Shown in pieces: positions 16,676 to 27,926 of a stretch of 64,000 bases of DNA; position 1 is the stretch's first letter; each line of letters opens with the position of its first letter. The notes beneath the pieces are model-generated. The model did not search any database, was not told where the DNA came from, and saw only the letters and a program-made list of their open reading frames with translations. Origin of the DNA: a virus. The position numbers were made by a program, and so were the translations under genes. Location of the stretch: IMG/VR virus record IMGVR_UViG_3300042446_001683. One strand, given 5' to 3'.

Positions 16676-17041
16676 ATGAAAATCGACGGACTAAAAAAAT
16701 TAATTAAAGAAGCAGTACGTGAAGCAATTCAAGAAGAATTAAAAGACATTCTACTTGAAGCAGTTAAATCACCAAAAACAGTAGTACAGGAAACCTATGT
16801 TCCTGTTTCACCTTCAACAGTTAATCTTCAACCAAACCATACTACTGTAAATCATGATCTTAAACGTAATTTAAGAAGTATGATTGGAGGTGAATTTGAC
16901 GCGGTAATTACTGCTAACTCATCACATGCTCAACCATCTTACACCCCACCACCATCAGCTAATACTATGAGTGAAGGATCAAGTTTACCTGGAGGTGAAG
17001 TAAGTTTAGATCAAATAATGGGAATAATGAACGCTAAATAA
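16676..17041 (+). CDS. hypothetical late protein with LKKLIKE leader
   Basis: late promoter at 16663. Confidence 0.7.
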   Translation: MKIDGLKKLIKEAVREAIQEELKDILLEAVKSPKTVVQETYVPVSPSTVNLQPNHTTVNHDLKRNLRSMIGGEFDAVITANSSHAQPSYTPPPSANTMSEGSSLPGGEVSLDQIMGIMNAK

Positions 17042-17442
17042 TGGCTTATAGAGTACCAAATATAAATCCACTTGATGTAGGACAAAGAGTTGCTATAGGA
17101 GTTTCTATTCCTTTTAATCAACCTCAAGTCTTTACTCAAACTTATACTACATCTGATCAAATCAAATCAAATATAATAAATTTTATATTAACATCTAAAG
17201 GAGAAAGAGTTCTTAACCCTAATTTTGGTACTGATATAAGACAACAGTTATTTGAATCATTATCACCAACCACAACAGATAATATATCTAGTTTACTAAA
17301 AGAAGAATTAAAAACAAACTTCCCATCAGTTTTAGTAAATGAAATCTTAGTTATACCTCAATATGATACTAATTCAATTTTTATAACTATAAATTATTCA
17401 ATACTAGGGGGCAACCCAAATACTCTTAATATAACATTATAA
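17041..17442 (+). CDS. gp25: baseplate wedge protein, gp25-like
   Basis: QIKSNIINFILTSKGERVLNPNFGT. Confidence 0.85.
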   Translation: MAYRVPNINPLDVGQRVAIGVSIPFNQPQVFTQTYTTSDQIKSNIINFILTSKGERVLNPNFGTDIRQQLFESLSPTTTDNISSLLKEELKTNFPSVLVNEILVIPQYDTNSIFITINYSILGGNPNTLNITL

Positions 17443-19280
17443 TGGCTGAAATTAGAAATATCACATATTTAAATAAAGATTTTAATCAATTTAGAAATTC
17501 TCTTATTGATTATGCTAAAACTTATTTTCCAACATCATATACTGATTTTAGCCCTTCCTCTCCAGGAATGATGTTTATGGAAATGTCCGCTTATGTTGGG
17601 GATATAATGTCTTTTTATCTTGATAATCAAATTCAAGAAAATTTTATTCAATATGCTAGACAATCTGATAATTTATATGCTTTAGCATATATGTTAGGTT
17701 ACACACCTAAAGTAACATCAGTTTCAACAGTAGATATAGATATATATCAAAAAATACCATTAGTAGGAGACCTCCCAGATTATTCATATGCATTTTATGT
17801 AGCTGAGAATTTATCAATCCAATCACCACTACAATCTGCTGCTAAATTTTTAATACAAGATACAATTGATTTTGCTTTCTCTAGCTCATCAGATCCTACT
17901 GAAGTTACAGTATATGATGCTAATTATTATCTTTTAAAAAAAACTAGAAAAGCAATATCATCTGAAATAAAAACAGAAACATTTTCATTCACAACACCTA
18001 CATCATTTCCAACAGTGGAAATAAATAATTCTAACATAATAGGAATTTTAGATATAACTGATAGTGATGGGAATACTTGGTATGAAGTTCCATATCTAGC
18101 CCAAGAAATGATTTATGACACTATTAAAAATACTAATATAAATAATCCTTCATTGTCATCTGATAGTGGAGAAGCACCATATTTACTTCAACTTAAAAAA
18201 GTTCAACGTAGATTTGTTACTAGATTTTTAGATAGTACTACACTACAAATCCAATTTGGAGCTGGGACTAATACTAGTAATAATGATGAAGAAGTAACAC
18301 CTAATTCTGATAATGTAGGATTAGGATTACCTTATAGAAAATCAAAACTTAACACAGCATTCTCCCCAGCTAATTTCTTATTTACAGATACTTACGGAAT
18401 AGCTCCTTATCAAACAACTTTAACTGTTAGATATTTGGTAGGTGGAGGAATTCAATCTAATGTTGGAGCTGGTACATTAAGTGTTATTAATAATAAAGAA
18501 TTATTTAAATTCCAAAATAATAACTTAGACCCAATATTATCTAATGCTATATTTAATAGTGTAGCTGTAACCAACCCATTAGCTTCTAATGGTGGTGGAG
18601 CTGGTGACACAGATGATGATTTACGTTTAAAATCAATGGGTTCATTTACAACCCAACAACGAACAGTTACGCAAGATGATTACTTAGTACGAGCATTATC
18701 TTTACCTTCAAATTATGGTAATGTAGCTAAAGCATACATTGAGTCAGAAAAAATATCTAATTTACTACCTGGGGAAACTCCTTCAATATTAAATTTATTC
18801 ATATTAACATATGATATCAACAAACATTTAATTCTATCCTCCCCAGCATTAAAACAAAATCTTTCAACATATATATCTCAATATAGAGTGATAAATGATT
18901 CAATCAAAATTAAAGATGCATTTGTAATTAATATAGGTGTAGATTTTGAAATAATTGTTTTACCTAACTATAATAGTAATTTAGTAATAGCAGATTGTAT
19001 AGTAAAACTTCAAGATTATTTTAATATTGATAAATGGCAAATTAATGAACCTATAATATTGCGAGATTTATATGTGCTTTTAGATAAAGTAAATGGAGTC
19101 CAAACAGTTAAAAATATCAGTATTGTTAACAAATACGGCTCAGCTTTAGGTTATTCTAACTATTCATATGATGTTACTGGGGCGACAGTTAATAATGTTG
19201 TTTATCCATCATTAGACCCAATGATATTTGAAGTTAAATATCCTAATGTTGATATTAAAGGTAAGGTTGTAACATTTTAA
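17442..19280 (+). CDS. gp6: baseplate wedge protein, gp6/baseplate-J-like
   Basis: DFNQFRNSL...YTDFSPSSPG...AYMLGY; QQRTVTQDDY. Confidence 0.85.
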   Translation: MAEIRNITYLNKDFNQFRNSLIDYAKTYFPTSYTDFSPSSPGMMFMEMSAYVGDIMSFYLDNQIQENFIQYARQSDNLYALAYMLGYTPKVTSVSTVDIDIYQKIPLVGDLPDYSYAFYVAENLSIQSPLQSAAKFLIQDTIDFAFSSSSDPTEVTVYDANYYLLKKTRKAISSEIKTETFSFTTPTSFPTVEINNSNIIGILDITDSDGNTWYEVPYLAQEMIYDTIKNTNINNPSLSSDSGEAPYLLQLKKVQRRFVTRFLDSTTLQIQFGAGTNTSNNDEEVTPNSDNVGLGLPYRKSKLNTAFSPANFLFTDTYGIAPYQTTLTVRYLVGGGIQSNVGAGTLSVINNKELFKFQNNNLDPILSNAIFNSVAVTNPLASNGGGAGDTDDDLRLKSMGSFTTQQRTVTQDDYLVRALSLPSNYGNVAKAYIESEKISNLLPGETPSILNLFILTYDINKHLILSSPALKQNLSTYISQYRVINDSIKIKDAFVINIGVDFEIIVLPNYNSNLVIADCIVKLQDYFNIDKWQINEPIILRDLYVLLDKVNGVQTVKNISIVNKYGSALGYSNYSYDVTGATVNNVVYPSLDPMIFEVKYPNVDIKGKVVTF

Positions 19281-19299
19281 TATTTTATATTTATAACAA

Positions 19300-20388
19300 A
19301 TGGCAGTATACAAATTATTCCCTTCCCAAGACGCAACAATATATTCTAGATATCCTAATAAAAACACAGGATTAAATGAAATATTATCTGTAAGTATTGA
19401 GGACGCTCAAGATAGTGGTAATACCCAAGCTGCTAGAACTTTAATACAATTTTCATCTACAGAAATAGCGGATGTTATTACTAATAAAGTAAGTGGATCT
19501 ACTTGGAGTGCTTCACTAAGAGGATTCATAGCTGAAGCTAATGGGTTAAATTTTGATACTACTTTAGAAGTATATGCTGTGACAGGTTCATGGAATATGG
19601 GTACAGGAAAATACTCATACTCCCCAGAATATACTAATGGAGTAAGTTGGTATGATAGATTATCTTCAGGTAGTGGAGCATGGAGAACAGCGGGTTTTCC
19701 AACAGGAGTAACAGGATCATATGGTTCCGTGAGTGGTGGAGGTAACTGGTATACTGCCTCTTATACGCAGTCATTTTCATACTATGATGATAAAGATATA
19801 AACATAAATGTTACACCTATTGTTAGAAGTTGGTTCTCTGGGTCTATAGCTAATAATGGATTTCTTATTAAACAATCTGTTGAATTTGTAGATAATCTTT
19901 TATATAATATCAATTTAGATTATTTTTCAAGAGATACCCATACTATATATCCTCCACAATTAGAAATAAAATGGAGAGACTACTCATTTAACACAGGTTC
20001 ATTAACTGAACTAACCACACTACCAGCTACAATAGCTATAGATGAAAACCCAGGTACATTTAATCCTGATAGTATAAATAAATTTAGAGTAAATAGTAGA
20101 CCTGAGTACCCAACTAGAATATTCTCAACATCTTCTTATTATACTCAAAATTATTATTTACCTACAGCCTCATATTACGCTATTAAAGATACATACACAA
20201 ATGAATATGTAGTTGATTTTGATAATCAATTTACTCAATTAAGCGTGGATGCTAATGGAAGTTATTTTACATTATATATGAATGGTCTAGAACCTGAAAG
20301 ATATTATAGTATTTTAATTAAAACTATTATAGATAACAATGTTTTAATATTTGATAATGATTACACTTTTAAAGTAATAAATGGCTAA
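19300..20388 (+). CDS. structural protein (DNRLRE-like beta domain)
   Basis: QDATIYS...ARTLIQF...YPPQLEIKW; baseplate context. Confidence 0.55.
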   Translation: MAVYKLFPSQDATIYSRYPNKNTGLNEILSVSIEDAQDSGNTQAARTLIQFSSTEIADVITNKVSGSTWSASLRGFIAEANGLNFDTTLEVYAVTGSWNMGTGKYSYSPEYTNGVSWYDRLSSGSGAWRTAGFPTGVTGSYGSVSGGGNWYTASYTQSFSYYDDKDININVTPIVRSWFSGSIANNGFLIKQSVEFVDNLLYNINLDYFSRDTHTIYPPQLEIKWRDYSFNTGSLTELTTLPATIAIDENPGTFNPDSINKFRVNSRPEYPTRIFSTSSYYTQNYYLPTASYYAIKDTYTNEYVVDFDNQFTQLSVDANGSYFTLYMNGLEPERYYSILIKTIIDNNVLIFDNDYTFKVING

Positions 20389-20728
20389 TTATACCTTAAA
20401 TAAAACAGTTTATAATAGAAGAGAATATCTTAATGTTATTGATACTTCTTTTACTCAAATCACTCCTACTATACCTGTAGAAGATACAATAACTGTTGAA
20501 CAATTTTTTCAATATTACAGTAAGATATTTTATGATATTCCTGCTGAAGGGAATACCAATTCTCATGCTTATTTAGTAAAAACAAGTGGAGACTATATAA
20601 ATACTTCTAATACAAATGAAGATATACAATTATTATTAGATGAAATTACAGTATTAAGACAACAATTATTAATAATTGAACAACAAAACTTAAACTTACA
20701 AATTTCTTCTAGTGTACAAAATATATAA
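20381..20728 (+). CDS. hypothetical structural protein
   Basis: operon context; C-terminal coiled coil. Confidence 0.65.
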   Translation: MANYTLNKTVYNRREYLNVIDTSFTQITPTIPVEDTITVEQFFQYYSKIFYDIPAEGNTNSHAYLVKTSGDYINTSNTNEDIQLLLDEITVLRQQLLIIEQQNLNLQISSSVQNI

Positions 20729-20730
20729 AA

Positions 20731-23700
20731 ATGGCTGTAGATATAATTGACCTTTCTTCTCCAACACCTTATTCTTCAAATGATGAAGCGTTAATTTCAT
20801 CACAGATTATAACTTCTTCTTTTGATCCGGCAACAGATTATATAGAGTATATTATAACTACACCGAATAATTCATTCCAGACAGTAGATTATAAGTATAC
20901 TGATTATTCATTCCCAACAAATGGAACAGTAATTTCATCATCAGTAAGTGATATTATAATCAATCCTGATTTAGATTTAGGATCTAGAGGATTTGACAAT
21001 GGTGAATATAATGTATATTATAATTTTTATAAAAATGAACTTGGTTCTTCATATGATAACCAATCATTTTTTATTAAATCTATCTCACCAGATAGAACTG
21101 AAGTTGTAATCCGTAGTACAAATCCAAATAGTGATTTAGTAACCCAAGTAAATTCTTTTAAAGAATCATTATTTAATAATGTTTTATATTTTGAAGATTT
21201 TTATTTAAATTTTGGAAATAATGTTTTAACTGTAGCTAATAATATAGCTATTGATTCTACTACTTTTGATATAATAATTAATTTATATAATCCACTTCCT
21301 AATAACATCGGTATTACTGTTCCATTATGGATAGTAACTAAAATAGCTGATTCATTAGTATTTGATATATCAATTACCCCTACTCCTGTAACTCCAACAT
21401 TAGTATCTTTTGCTTTAAAAGGTCCTAACCTTAATTTAGATACTAAAGATTTAATAAATAATTCAACACCTTATACTAATTATAATGATCTCATTACTAG
21501 CTCATTATTATCTACTCAATATTCCCAATTAAATAATTTAATGTCTTCATCTGGGATAGAAATTAGTGTTAATTATACTGATTTTTCAAATTTTATCCAT
21601 TTCTCCTCAGCTGTACAAAGAATAAAAAACTTTCAATATAAAGTAACTCAAATATCTTCTTCTCAAGCTGAAATAAATGTTATTAACTCTTCATTCTCAG
21701 GATACGATACCTCAAGTAATACTAGTATTTTAACAAATCAAATTAATAATATAATTGATAATTTTGATGGGTATGAATATTATCTATATTATGGAACAGG
21801 TTCATATTCATGGCCTAAGTCTACCTCAACAGTTCCATATACTCTATACAGTCCAACCTCAGCCCAAGTAATTACTTGGTTAGGAGATGATGACCTAAAT
21901 AACCCATCAGGAATTTTAGGAAGCGCATCTATATTTGATGACCAAAACTCAGATTATTTACTTTATACAATTCCTGAGTATCTTAGAGATGATCCACAAA
22001 ATGACCCATATAAGTTATTCATTGATATGGTGGCTCAAAACTATGATAACATTTGGATTTATTATAAAGATGTGACTAATTTATATCAAGCTGATAATAG
22101 ATTAGATTATGGTATTTCTAAAGATTTAGTAGCAGAAGCATTAAGATCATTCGGTGTTAAACTATATCAAAATAACTTTTCATCAAACGATTTATACTCA
22201 GCATTCTTAGGGTATGGAGCTAGAAACCCATTAACTACACCTACATTACCTGTAACAGCTAACTCAGGCCAAGAATATATTAATAGTTATATTACATCTT
22301 CTTATGACGCATCTGTGATGCCATTAGATGATATTAATAAAGAAGTATATAAACGTATTTATCATAACTTACCTTATTTAGCTAAAACTAAAGGTACTAT
22401 ACCTGGTTTACGTGCTTTAATAAATTGTTTTGGTGTACCTGATACTATATTAAGAATCAGTGAATTTGGAGGTAGAGATAAAGATACTTCTACTTATGAT
22501 TATTTTGATCAACAGTATAATTACACTGCTGTTGCAAGTAGCTCAGCTATAATCTCAACCCCATGGTTTTTAAATACTGTGTGGAGTGCTAGTATTAACC
22601 AATTCAAAGCCTCATCAGTACAATTTAGATTTAAAACAAGTGATTTTGATACCGGGTCAAATTATCAACTTTGGAATTTATCCTCATTACTTGACCCAAC
22701 AAATTACCCTTCAGCTTCATTAGTTATTAAATATAGTGGATCAGGTTTAACTACAGGTTCATATAGTGGCTCAATTGTAAACCCATATTATCAACATGCT
22801 TATTTAACATTTTACCCAGATACAACTAATATTACAAATACAGCTAGTGTGTATTTACCATTTTTTGATCATAATTGGTGGTCAATTATGATTAATAAAT
22901 TTGAAAATACTTATACATTGTATGCTGGTAATAAATTATATTATGATGGATATGATGGTAATCAAATAGGATACTTAGCTTCTTCTTCAATCACATCATC
23001 TGTAAATTTTTGGACTGAATCATTCACCTCCACTTCAACATTTTTATCTTCATCTGTTAGTTTAGGTGGAACAACATACAATAGATTTACAGGTTCACTA
23101 CAAGAAATAAGATATTGGATTAAAACAGGAAGTGTAGATTCATTTAAAGATTTTGTAATGAATCCCCAATCTATAGATTATTCTGGGGAAGTTTTATATG
23201 ATGATTACTTAGTATTTAGATTACCTTTAGGAGGAGACTTATATACTAACTCAGGCTCAGTACATCCTAGAGCTACTGGATCTTGGGCTTCAACAAGCTC
23301 ATTTATAGCTTCTAATAACGCAACATTAACTAATGTTACTTTTACCCCTAATATAGAAACTAGATTCTTAAACTCTCCTATTATAGGTTTAAGAGGTAGA
23401 GTAACAGATAAAATACAAATTGTATCTTCTAGTTTACCTACAGGAAGTGTATTATCACAGTATACTAGCCTAGAACAAAATTATCCATCATTAAATAGTG
23501 AATCACCTGATGTTAATTTATTAGAAGTAGCATTCTCACCTCAAAATGAAATTAATGATGATATTATAGATTCATTAGGATATTTTAATATAGGTGAGTA
23601 CATTGGTGATCCAAGACAAGTATCTTCATCTGCTACTTCATATCCTGATTTAAATGCTTTAAGTAATAATTTCTTTCAAAAATATTTTGCTACATATAAT

Positions 23701-24753
23701 TTATTTGATTATATAAGATTAATTAAATATTTTGATAACTCATTATTTAAAATGATTAAAGATTTTGTTCCCGCAAGAACAAGTCTTACATCTGGTGTAG
23801 TTATTAAACAACATCTATTAGAAAGAAATAAGTATCCTCAACCACAAGTTGATAATACTCAATATCAAAATGCAACTACTTATTCATCAAGTTTAGGATT
23901 AAGTAGTTCATATAATTATGGAGAAGATTTAACATATAGTGGTTCTATTGACACTGCTTTTATAACTGGTAGTACTGGAGGAACATTTAACCAATATAAT
24001 GTACTTTCACCTAATCAAGATTACCCTTTTATAATAAGTGGTTCTAATTTTTATGTGACATCATCTGATATCTTAAATTATTATGTTATTTCATCTTCAA
24101 ATGCAAGTATAACAACTAATAACCCAATAAATAACAATTTTTATTGGGATCCAAATAGTGGTGAGATAATTACCTATTTTTACGGTGACATACAACTATT
24201 TGCATCTGGAAGTAATTCTGGGGGTGGTAATACATTTACAGTTTATTTATCATCATCACAACAGGGTACATTAGTTTCTTCTAATGAAGGATCTCTAACT
24301 TTTAATATCACATCATCTATATCTTGTTCATATGGTGAAAGATTTTCACTTTGGATTAAAAATTTAAATGTCCCACTTAATATACTTTACCCACAATTTG
24401 GTTTAACATATATTAACCCTTACTCAAATCAGACATGGCCTCAATATTATACTGGATCAACTGGGGTGTCTACCATAATCCATTCAACACAAGATGAGTT
24501 TTATAATGGAGAATTACCAGGAACAGAATATATTGTAACAAATGGAGAATTAAATGATGCTAATGATTTTAAATATCCTACTACTTTTGAAGTATATTAT
24601 GACCCAACATTATATCTAAGTAATATAACTCCACTAGAAAGCTTTTTAAATATTAATACTTCACCAAATCAAGGTGAAATATATTTATGGTATGATACCG
24701 GAAGTACAATTAACCCATCAATTACACCTGGAGCCCCAACAGGCGGAAGATAA
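20731..24753 (+). CDS. large baseplate wedge/structural protein
   Basis: 1340 aa; YKRIYHNLPYLAKTKGT...LINCFG wedge-type motif; LamG-like middle. Confidence 0.6.
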   Translation: MAVDIIDLSSPTPYSSNDEALISSQIITSSFDPATDYIEYIITTPNNSFQTVDYKYTDYSFPTNGTVISSSVSDIIINPDLDLGSRGFDNGEYNVYYNFYKNELGSSYDNQSFFIKSISPDRTEVVIRSTNPNSDLVTQVNSFKESLFNNVLYFEDFYLNFGNNVLTVANNIAIDSTTFDIIINLYNPLPNNIGITVPLWIVTKIADSLVFDISITPTPVTPTLVSFALKGPNLNLDTKDLINNSTPYTNYNDLITSSLLSTQYSQLNNLMSSSGIEISVNYTDFSNFIHFSSAVQRIKNFQYKVTQISSSQAEINVINSSFSGYDTSSNTSILTNQINNIIDNFDGYEYYLYYGTGSYSWPKSTSTVPYTLYSPTSAQVITWLGDDDLNNPSGILGSASIFDDQNSDYLLYTIPEYLRDDPQNDPYKLFIDMVAQNYDNIWIYYKDVTNLYQADNRLDYGISKDLVAEALRSFGVKLYQNNFSSNDLYSAFLGYGARNPLTTPTLPVTANSGQEYINSYITSSYDASVMPLDDINKEVYKRIYHNLPYLAKTKGTIPGLRALINCFGVPDTILRISEFGGRDKDTSTYDYFDQQYNYTAVASSSAIISTPWFLNTVWSASINQFKASSVQFRFKTSDFDTGSNYQLWNLSSLLDPTNYPSASLVIKYSGSGLTTGSYSGSIVNPYYQHAYLTFYPDTTNITNTASVYLPFFDHNWWSIMINKFENTYTLYAGNKLYYDGYDGNQIGYLASSSITSSVNFWTESFTSTSTFLSSSVSLGGTTYNRFTGSLQEIRYWIKTGSVDSFKDFVMNPQSIDYSGEVLYDDYLVFRLPLGGDLYTNSGSVHPRATGSWASTSSFIASNNATLTNVTFTPNIETRFLNSPIIGLRGRVTDKIQIVSSSLPTGSVLSQYTSLEQNYPSLNSESPDVNLLEVAFSPQNEINDDIIDSLGYFNIGEYIGDPRQVSSSATSYPDLNALSNNFFQKYFATYNLFDYIRLIKYFDNSLFKMIKDFVPARTSLTSGVVIKQHLLERNKYPQPQVDNTQYQNATTYSSSLGLSSSYNYGEDLTYSGSIDTAFITGSTGGTFNQYNVLSPNQDYPFIISGSNFYVTSSDILNYYVISSSNASITTNNPINNNFYWDPNSGEIITYFYGDIQLFASGSNSGGGNTFTVYLSSSQQGTLVSSNEGSLTFNITSSISCSYGERFSLWIKNLNVPLNILYPQFGLTYINPYSNQTWPQYYTGSTGVSTIIHSTQDEFYNGELPGTEYIVTNGELNDANDFKYPTTFEVYYDPTLYLSNITPLESFLNINTSPNQGEIYLWYDTGSTINPSITPGAPTGGR

Positions 24754-24768
24754 TTAAAATAAGCAACT

Positions 24769-25707
24769 ATGCCAGATTACGGATTTACAGTTAACGAAGG
24801 TGTCAAATATATTAAAGTTAATAGATACGATTCAGGAGGATTAGATAGATCTGATTACTTAGAACAGTTACAAACTATTACCCTAATATATCCTGATAGA
24901 GGATCAGTTTTATATCCTATTTTAACTACTCAAGAACAAGCTAATTTCTACTTATATGGGATATCAACTACTGAGGCTACGTCTTCTAAAGGAAATATCA
25001 ATAATTATAGTGTTACTAGTTCAAAAGCAAATCTTCAACCTCCAACTATTGGTAATCTTATAAAAGTAAGAAATTATAGTACTACAAATGGAAATAACCT
25101 AGGATACTTTGACGCTACTACAGGTGTATATACTTTTGGAGACACTCCTAATATACCAGTTAAAGTTAATGTAAATATATCAAATGTATCTAATGCTGCT
25201 ACAACTCATAGTATTTATAAAAACTCAACTGGTACATCTTATACAACATTAAACCCAGTTGACCCTGATAATTTATTAGGATTAGTTATAGGTAATGGTA
25301 GTATTGATATAACATTAACTGGAAGTTTATCATTAACAGAAACAGAAACTTTAGCTGTATATACTTATAATTTTAGTAATTCTGCTAGTGCTACTGTTAG
25401 TATGAGTATATATAATGTTACTCCCCAATTTGATGGCTCATCATCATTATCAATATTTGACCCAGATGCTCTTAATTTTGATTACAATGACTATAATCCA
25501 TTATTAGACAATGCAGAAACGCCTCAATATTCTAATATATGGATGGATGTAGATTATTCTCAAAATCCCTTGGTTCCTGTCAATTTTGGTCTTATCATAT
25601 CTGGAACAGCAGATAGAGCTTTTGTTCAAGACTCAAATTATAATTCAAAAGCATGGTCTAATTTGAGATATAACGGTAGTAGAACAAATTCATATAGAAC
25701 AATATAA
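24769..25707 (+). CDS. structural (tail/baseplate) protein
   Basis: S/T/N-rich beta protein in the tail module. Confidence 0.55.
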   Translation: MPDYGFTVNEGVKYIKVNRYDSGGLDRSDYLEQLQTITLIYPDRGSVLYPILTTQEQANFYLYGISTTEATSSKGNINNYSVTSSKANLQPPTIGNLIKVRNYSTTNGNNLGYFDATTGVYTFGDTPNIPVKVNVNISNVSNAATTHSIYKNSTGTSYTTLNPVDPDNLLGLVIGNGSIDITLTGSLSLTETETLAVYTYNFSNSASATVSMSIYNVTPQFDGSSSLSIFDPDALNFDYNDYNPLLDNAETPQYSNIWMDVDYSQNPLVPVNFGLIISGTADRAFVQDSNYNSKAWSNLRYNGSRTNSYRTI

Positions 25708-25708
25708 T

Positions 25709-27226
25709 ATGTCAGAAAATTTATATAGTGCAAATATTCAAGGAGATTTTAATACTCTTACCAATGATGGAAGTGGATATGGTGCCCTACCAGCTGCTGA
25801 AAAAAATCAAACATATTTTGCTTACTTTAGTAGTGTAGGAGGAACAGGTCCTGAACTTATAGACCAAACAGCTTATTTTGTAAAATATTTAATTGATGCT
25901 CAAGGTAATGTGGTTACTCCACAACCTAATTCTATTGATGTATTAAATTTAATACAAAATTTTGAGGCTGGGAAAATAGTAAATGTTACAAGTCTAGAAG
26001 GAACAACATTATTTAATTCATTATTAGGAACTAAAACGGTTACTGATATAGGAAGAATAGAAACTATTCTAACTTCAGAAACAGGTTCTGGAAGAAGAGA
26101 TTATATTACAACAATGAGTTTTTCTCAAGGAGGAACATCATTACAAACATCTTTTATTCCTGACTTTTCATTCTCAGCTAAAAAAGTTAATACAAGTACT
26201 ATAACAGCTACAACTTTTACAACTGTAGATTATCCATATGAATTATTTGATCCATCATCTAGTTATAATAACTCAACATACACTTATACTTTTTCAACTA
26301 GCTCATATGATTATAGCACTAAAGTTGTTTTTAAAGCTAGTATGTTAGTTAGTGGATTAAGTGCTAGTGAAGTACTATATATGCAAATAATAGAATCTAC
26401 TGATAATTTTGTAACATCTCAATCATTAGATATAGAAGTTGCTTCACCTGGAGCTAATTTTTCAAATTCAACTACTCCACCACTCCAAAGTATTATAACA
26501 ACAGAAGAAGGTAAAATATATAGAGCGCAAGGTGGTTTATCTAACTTAGGTTATTTAAATTACATACAAACTTTACCTCAAACATTTGAAAGTGGATCAC
26601 GAATAAGAGTAAGATACAAGTTAGAATCATTAAGTCCCTTTTCACCATCCTTGTTATTAGTTGGTTCTTCTCCTAACACATTAAATACTTCTTTTGTAGC
26701 AACTACTAATTATTCTAATGCTTTAGAAGTAGAAGCACCATACTGGGTAGCTCTAAGTTACCCAACATCATCTAATGTTACTCAATCTTTAATAACTTCT
26801 GTAAAATTAACTAATATACTTAATCCCCAAAGTGATTATACACAAATTAATCCAACATCATCATTAGGATTTAGTACCATCTTTTCTCCATCATATTTAC
26901 TTCCTGGTGATTATATACGTTTTGAATATGATAAAACTAAAATGTCAAAAATATACAATGTTAGTACATATACAATAGGAAGTGTAGGTTTAGCTCAAAT
27001 AGATATAATGCCACCAGTTCCATCAGGTTCTATTCTAGATCACTTTACAGTATTTAGAATAAACCCAAATGCAGGTAATCAAATAATACTAAACGTGCCT
27101 AAACCCACAGGTACAACAGGTCAACAATTAACTGGTTTTATTAAACCTCAATATGCTTCTCAAGAAATAGAAGACAATTTTACAACTATAATACAAAAAC
27201 TTGCCGCAGAAGGCTTATTAACATAA
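25709..27226 (+). CDS. structural (tail/baseplate) protein
   Basis: S/T-rich beta protein in the tail module. Confidence 0.55.
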   Translation: MSENLYSANIQGDFNTLTNDGSGYGALPAAEKNQTYFAYFSSVGGTGPELIDQTAYFVKYLIDAQGNVVTPQPNSIDVLNLIQNFEAGKIVNVTSLEGTTLFNSLLGTKTVTDIGRIETILTSETGSGRRDYITTMSFSQGGTSLQTSFIPDFSFSAKKVNTSTITATTFTTVDYPYELFDPSSSYNNSTYTYTFSTSSYDYSTKVVFKASMLVSGLSASEVLYMQIIESTDNFVTSQSLDIEVASPGANFSNSTTPPLQSIITTEEGKIYRAQGGLSNLGYLNYIQTLPQTFESGSRIRVRYKLESLSPFSPSLLLVGSSPNTLNTSFVATTNYSNALEVEAPYWVALSYPTSSNVTQSLITSVKLTNILNPQSDYTQINPTSSLGFSTIFSPSYLLPGDYIRFEYDKTKMSKIYNVSTYTIGSVGLAQIDIMPPVPSGSILDHFTVFRINPNAGNQIILNVPKPTGTTGQQLTGFIKPQYASQEIEDNFTTIIQKLAAEGLLT

Positions 27227-27252
27227 TATTTATAATAAATTATATATAAAAA

Positions 27253-27909
27253 ATGGGATATTTAAATAACCAAATTATAACAGTTGATGCTATCTTAACT
27301 AAAAAAGGTAGAGAACTATTAGCTAAAAACGACGGCACATTCCGTATTACTCAATTTTCATTATCTGATGATGAAATTGATTACACACTTTATAACCCAA
27401 ATAATCCTTCAGGTTCTGCTTATTACGGTCAAGCTATTGAAGGTATGCCATTATTAGAAGCATTCTCAGATGAAACTCAAATAATGAAATATCAACTTAC
27501 TACATTACCTCGTGGTACAGCTAAAATGCCTATTCTTAATATTGGATATACTAATATAGTATTGAAACAAGGAGCTTCACTTTCAATTACTCCTCAAACA
27601 TTAAACTATTTAGGTGGTTCACAAACTTATGAAGCATCAGGATATAACTTTACTATTGGTGATGTTAGAACAATGAGTGTATTTAATGGTGTAGGTATTA
27701 ACACAACACAAGCTACCTCACTAAATTCAACAACTACCTTAGGAACTAATGTATCTAAAACAGTAATTGGTACTACATTAAACATGGCTGGTACTACTAT
27801 TAATACATTGTTTGGTAACCAAACACAATTACAAACTGTATTAATAGTAACAGGTAGAGATAGCGGAGCAAGAGTAACTATTCCAATCACTATAACAAAA
27901 GTTAGCTAA
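27253..27909 (+). CDS. baseplate/tail-fibre attachment protein
   Basis: DAILTKKGRELLA...ITQFSLSDDEIDY. Confidence 0.6.
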   Translation: MGYLNNQIITVDAILTKKGRELLAKNDGTFRITQFSLSDDEIDYTLYNPNNPSGSAYYGQAIEGMPLLEAFSDETQIMKYQLTTLPRGTAKMPILNIGYTNIVLKQGASLSITPQTLNYLGGSQTYEASGYNFTIGDVRTMSVFNGVGINTTQATSLNSTTTLGTNVSKTVIGTTLNMAGTTINTLFGNQTQLQTVLIVTGRDSGARVTIPITITKVS

Positions 27910-27926
27910 TAAAAATATTATAAAAA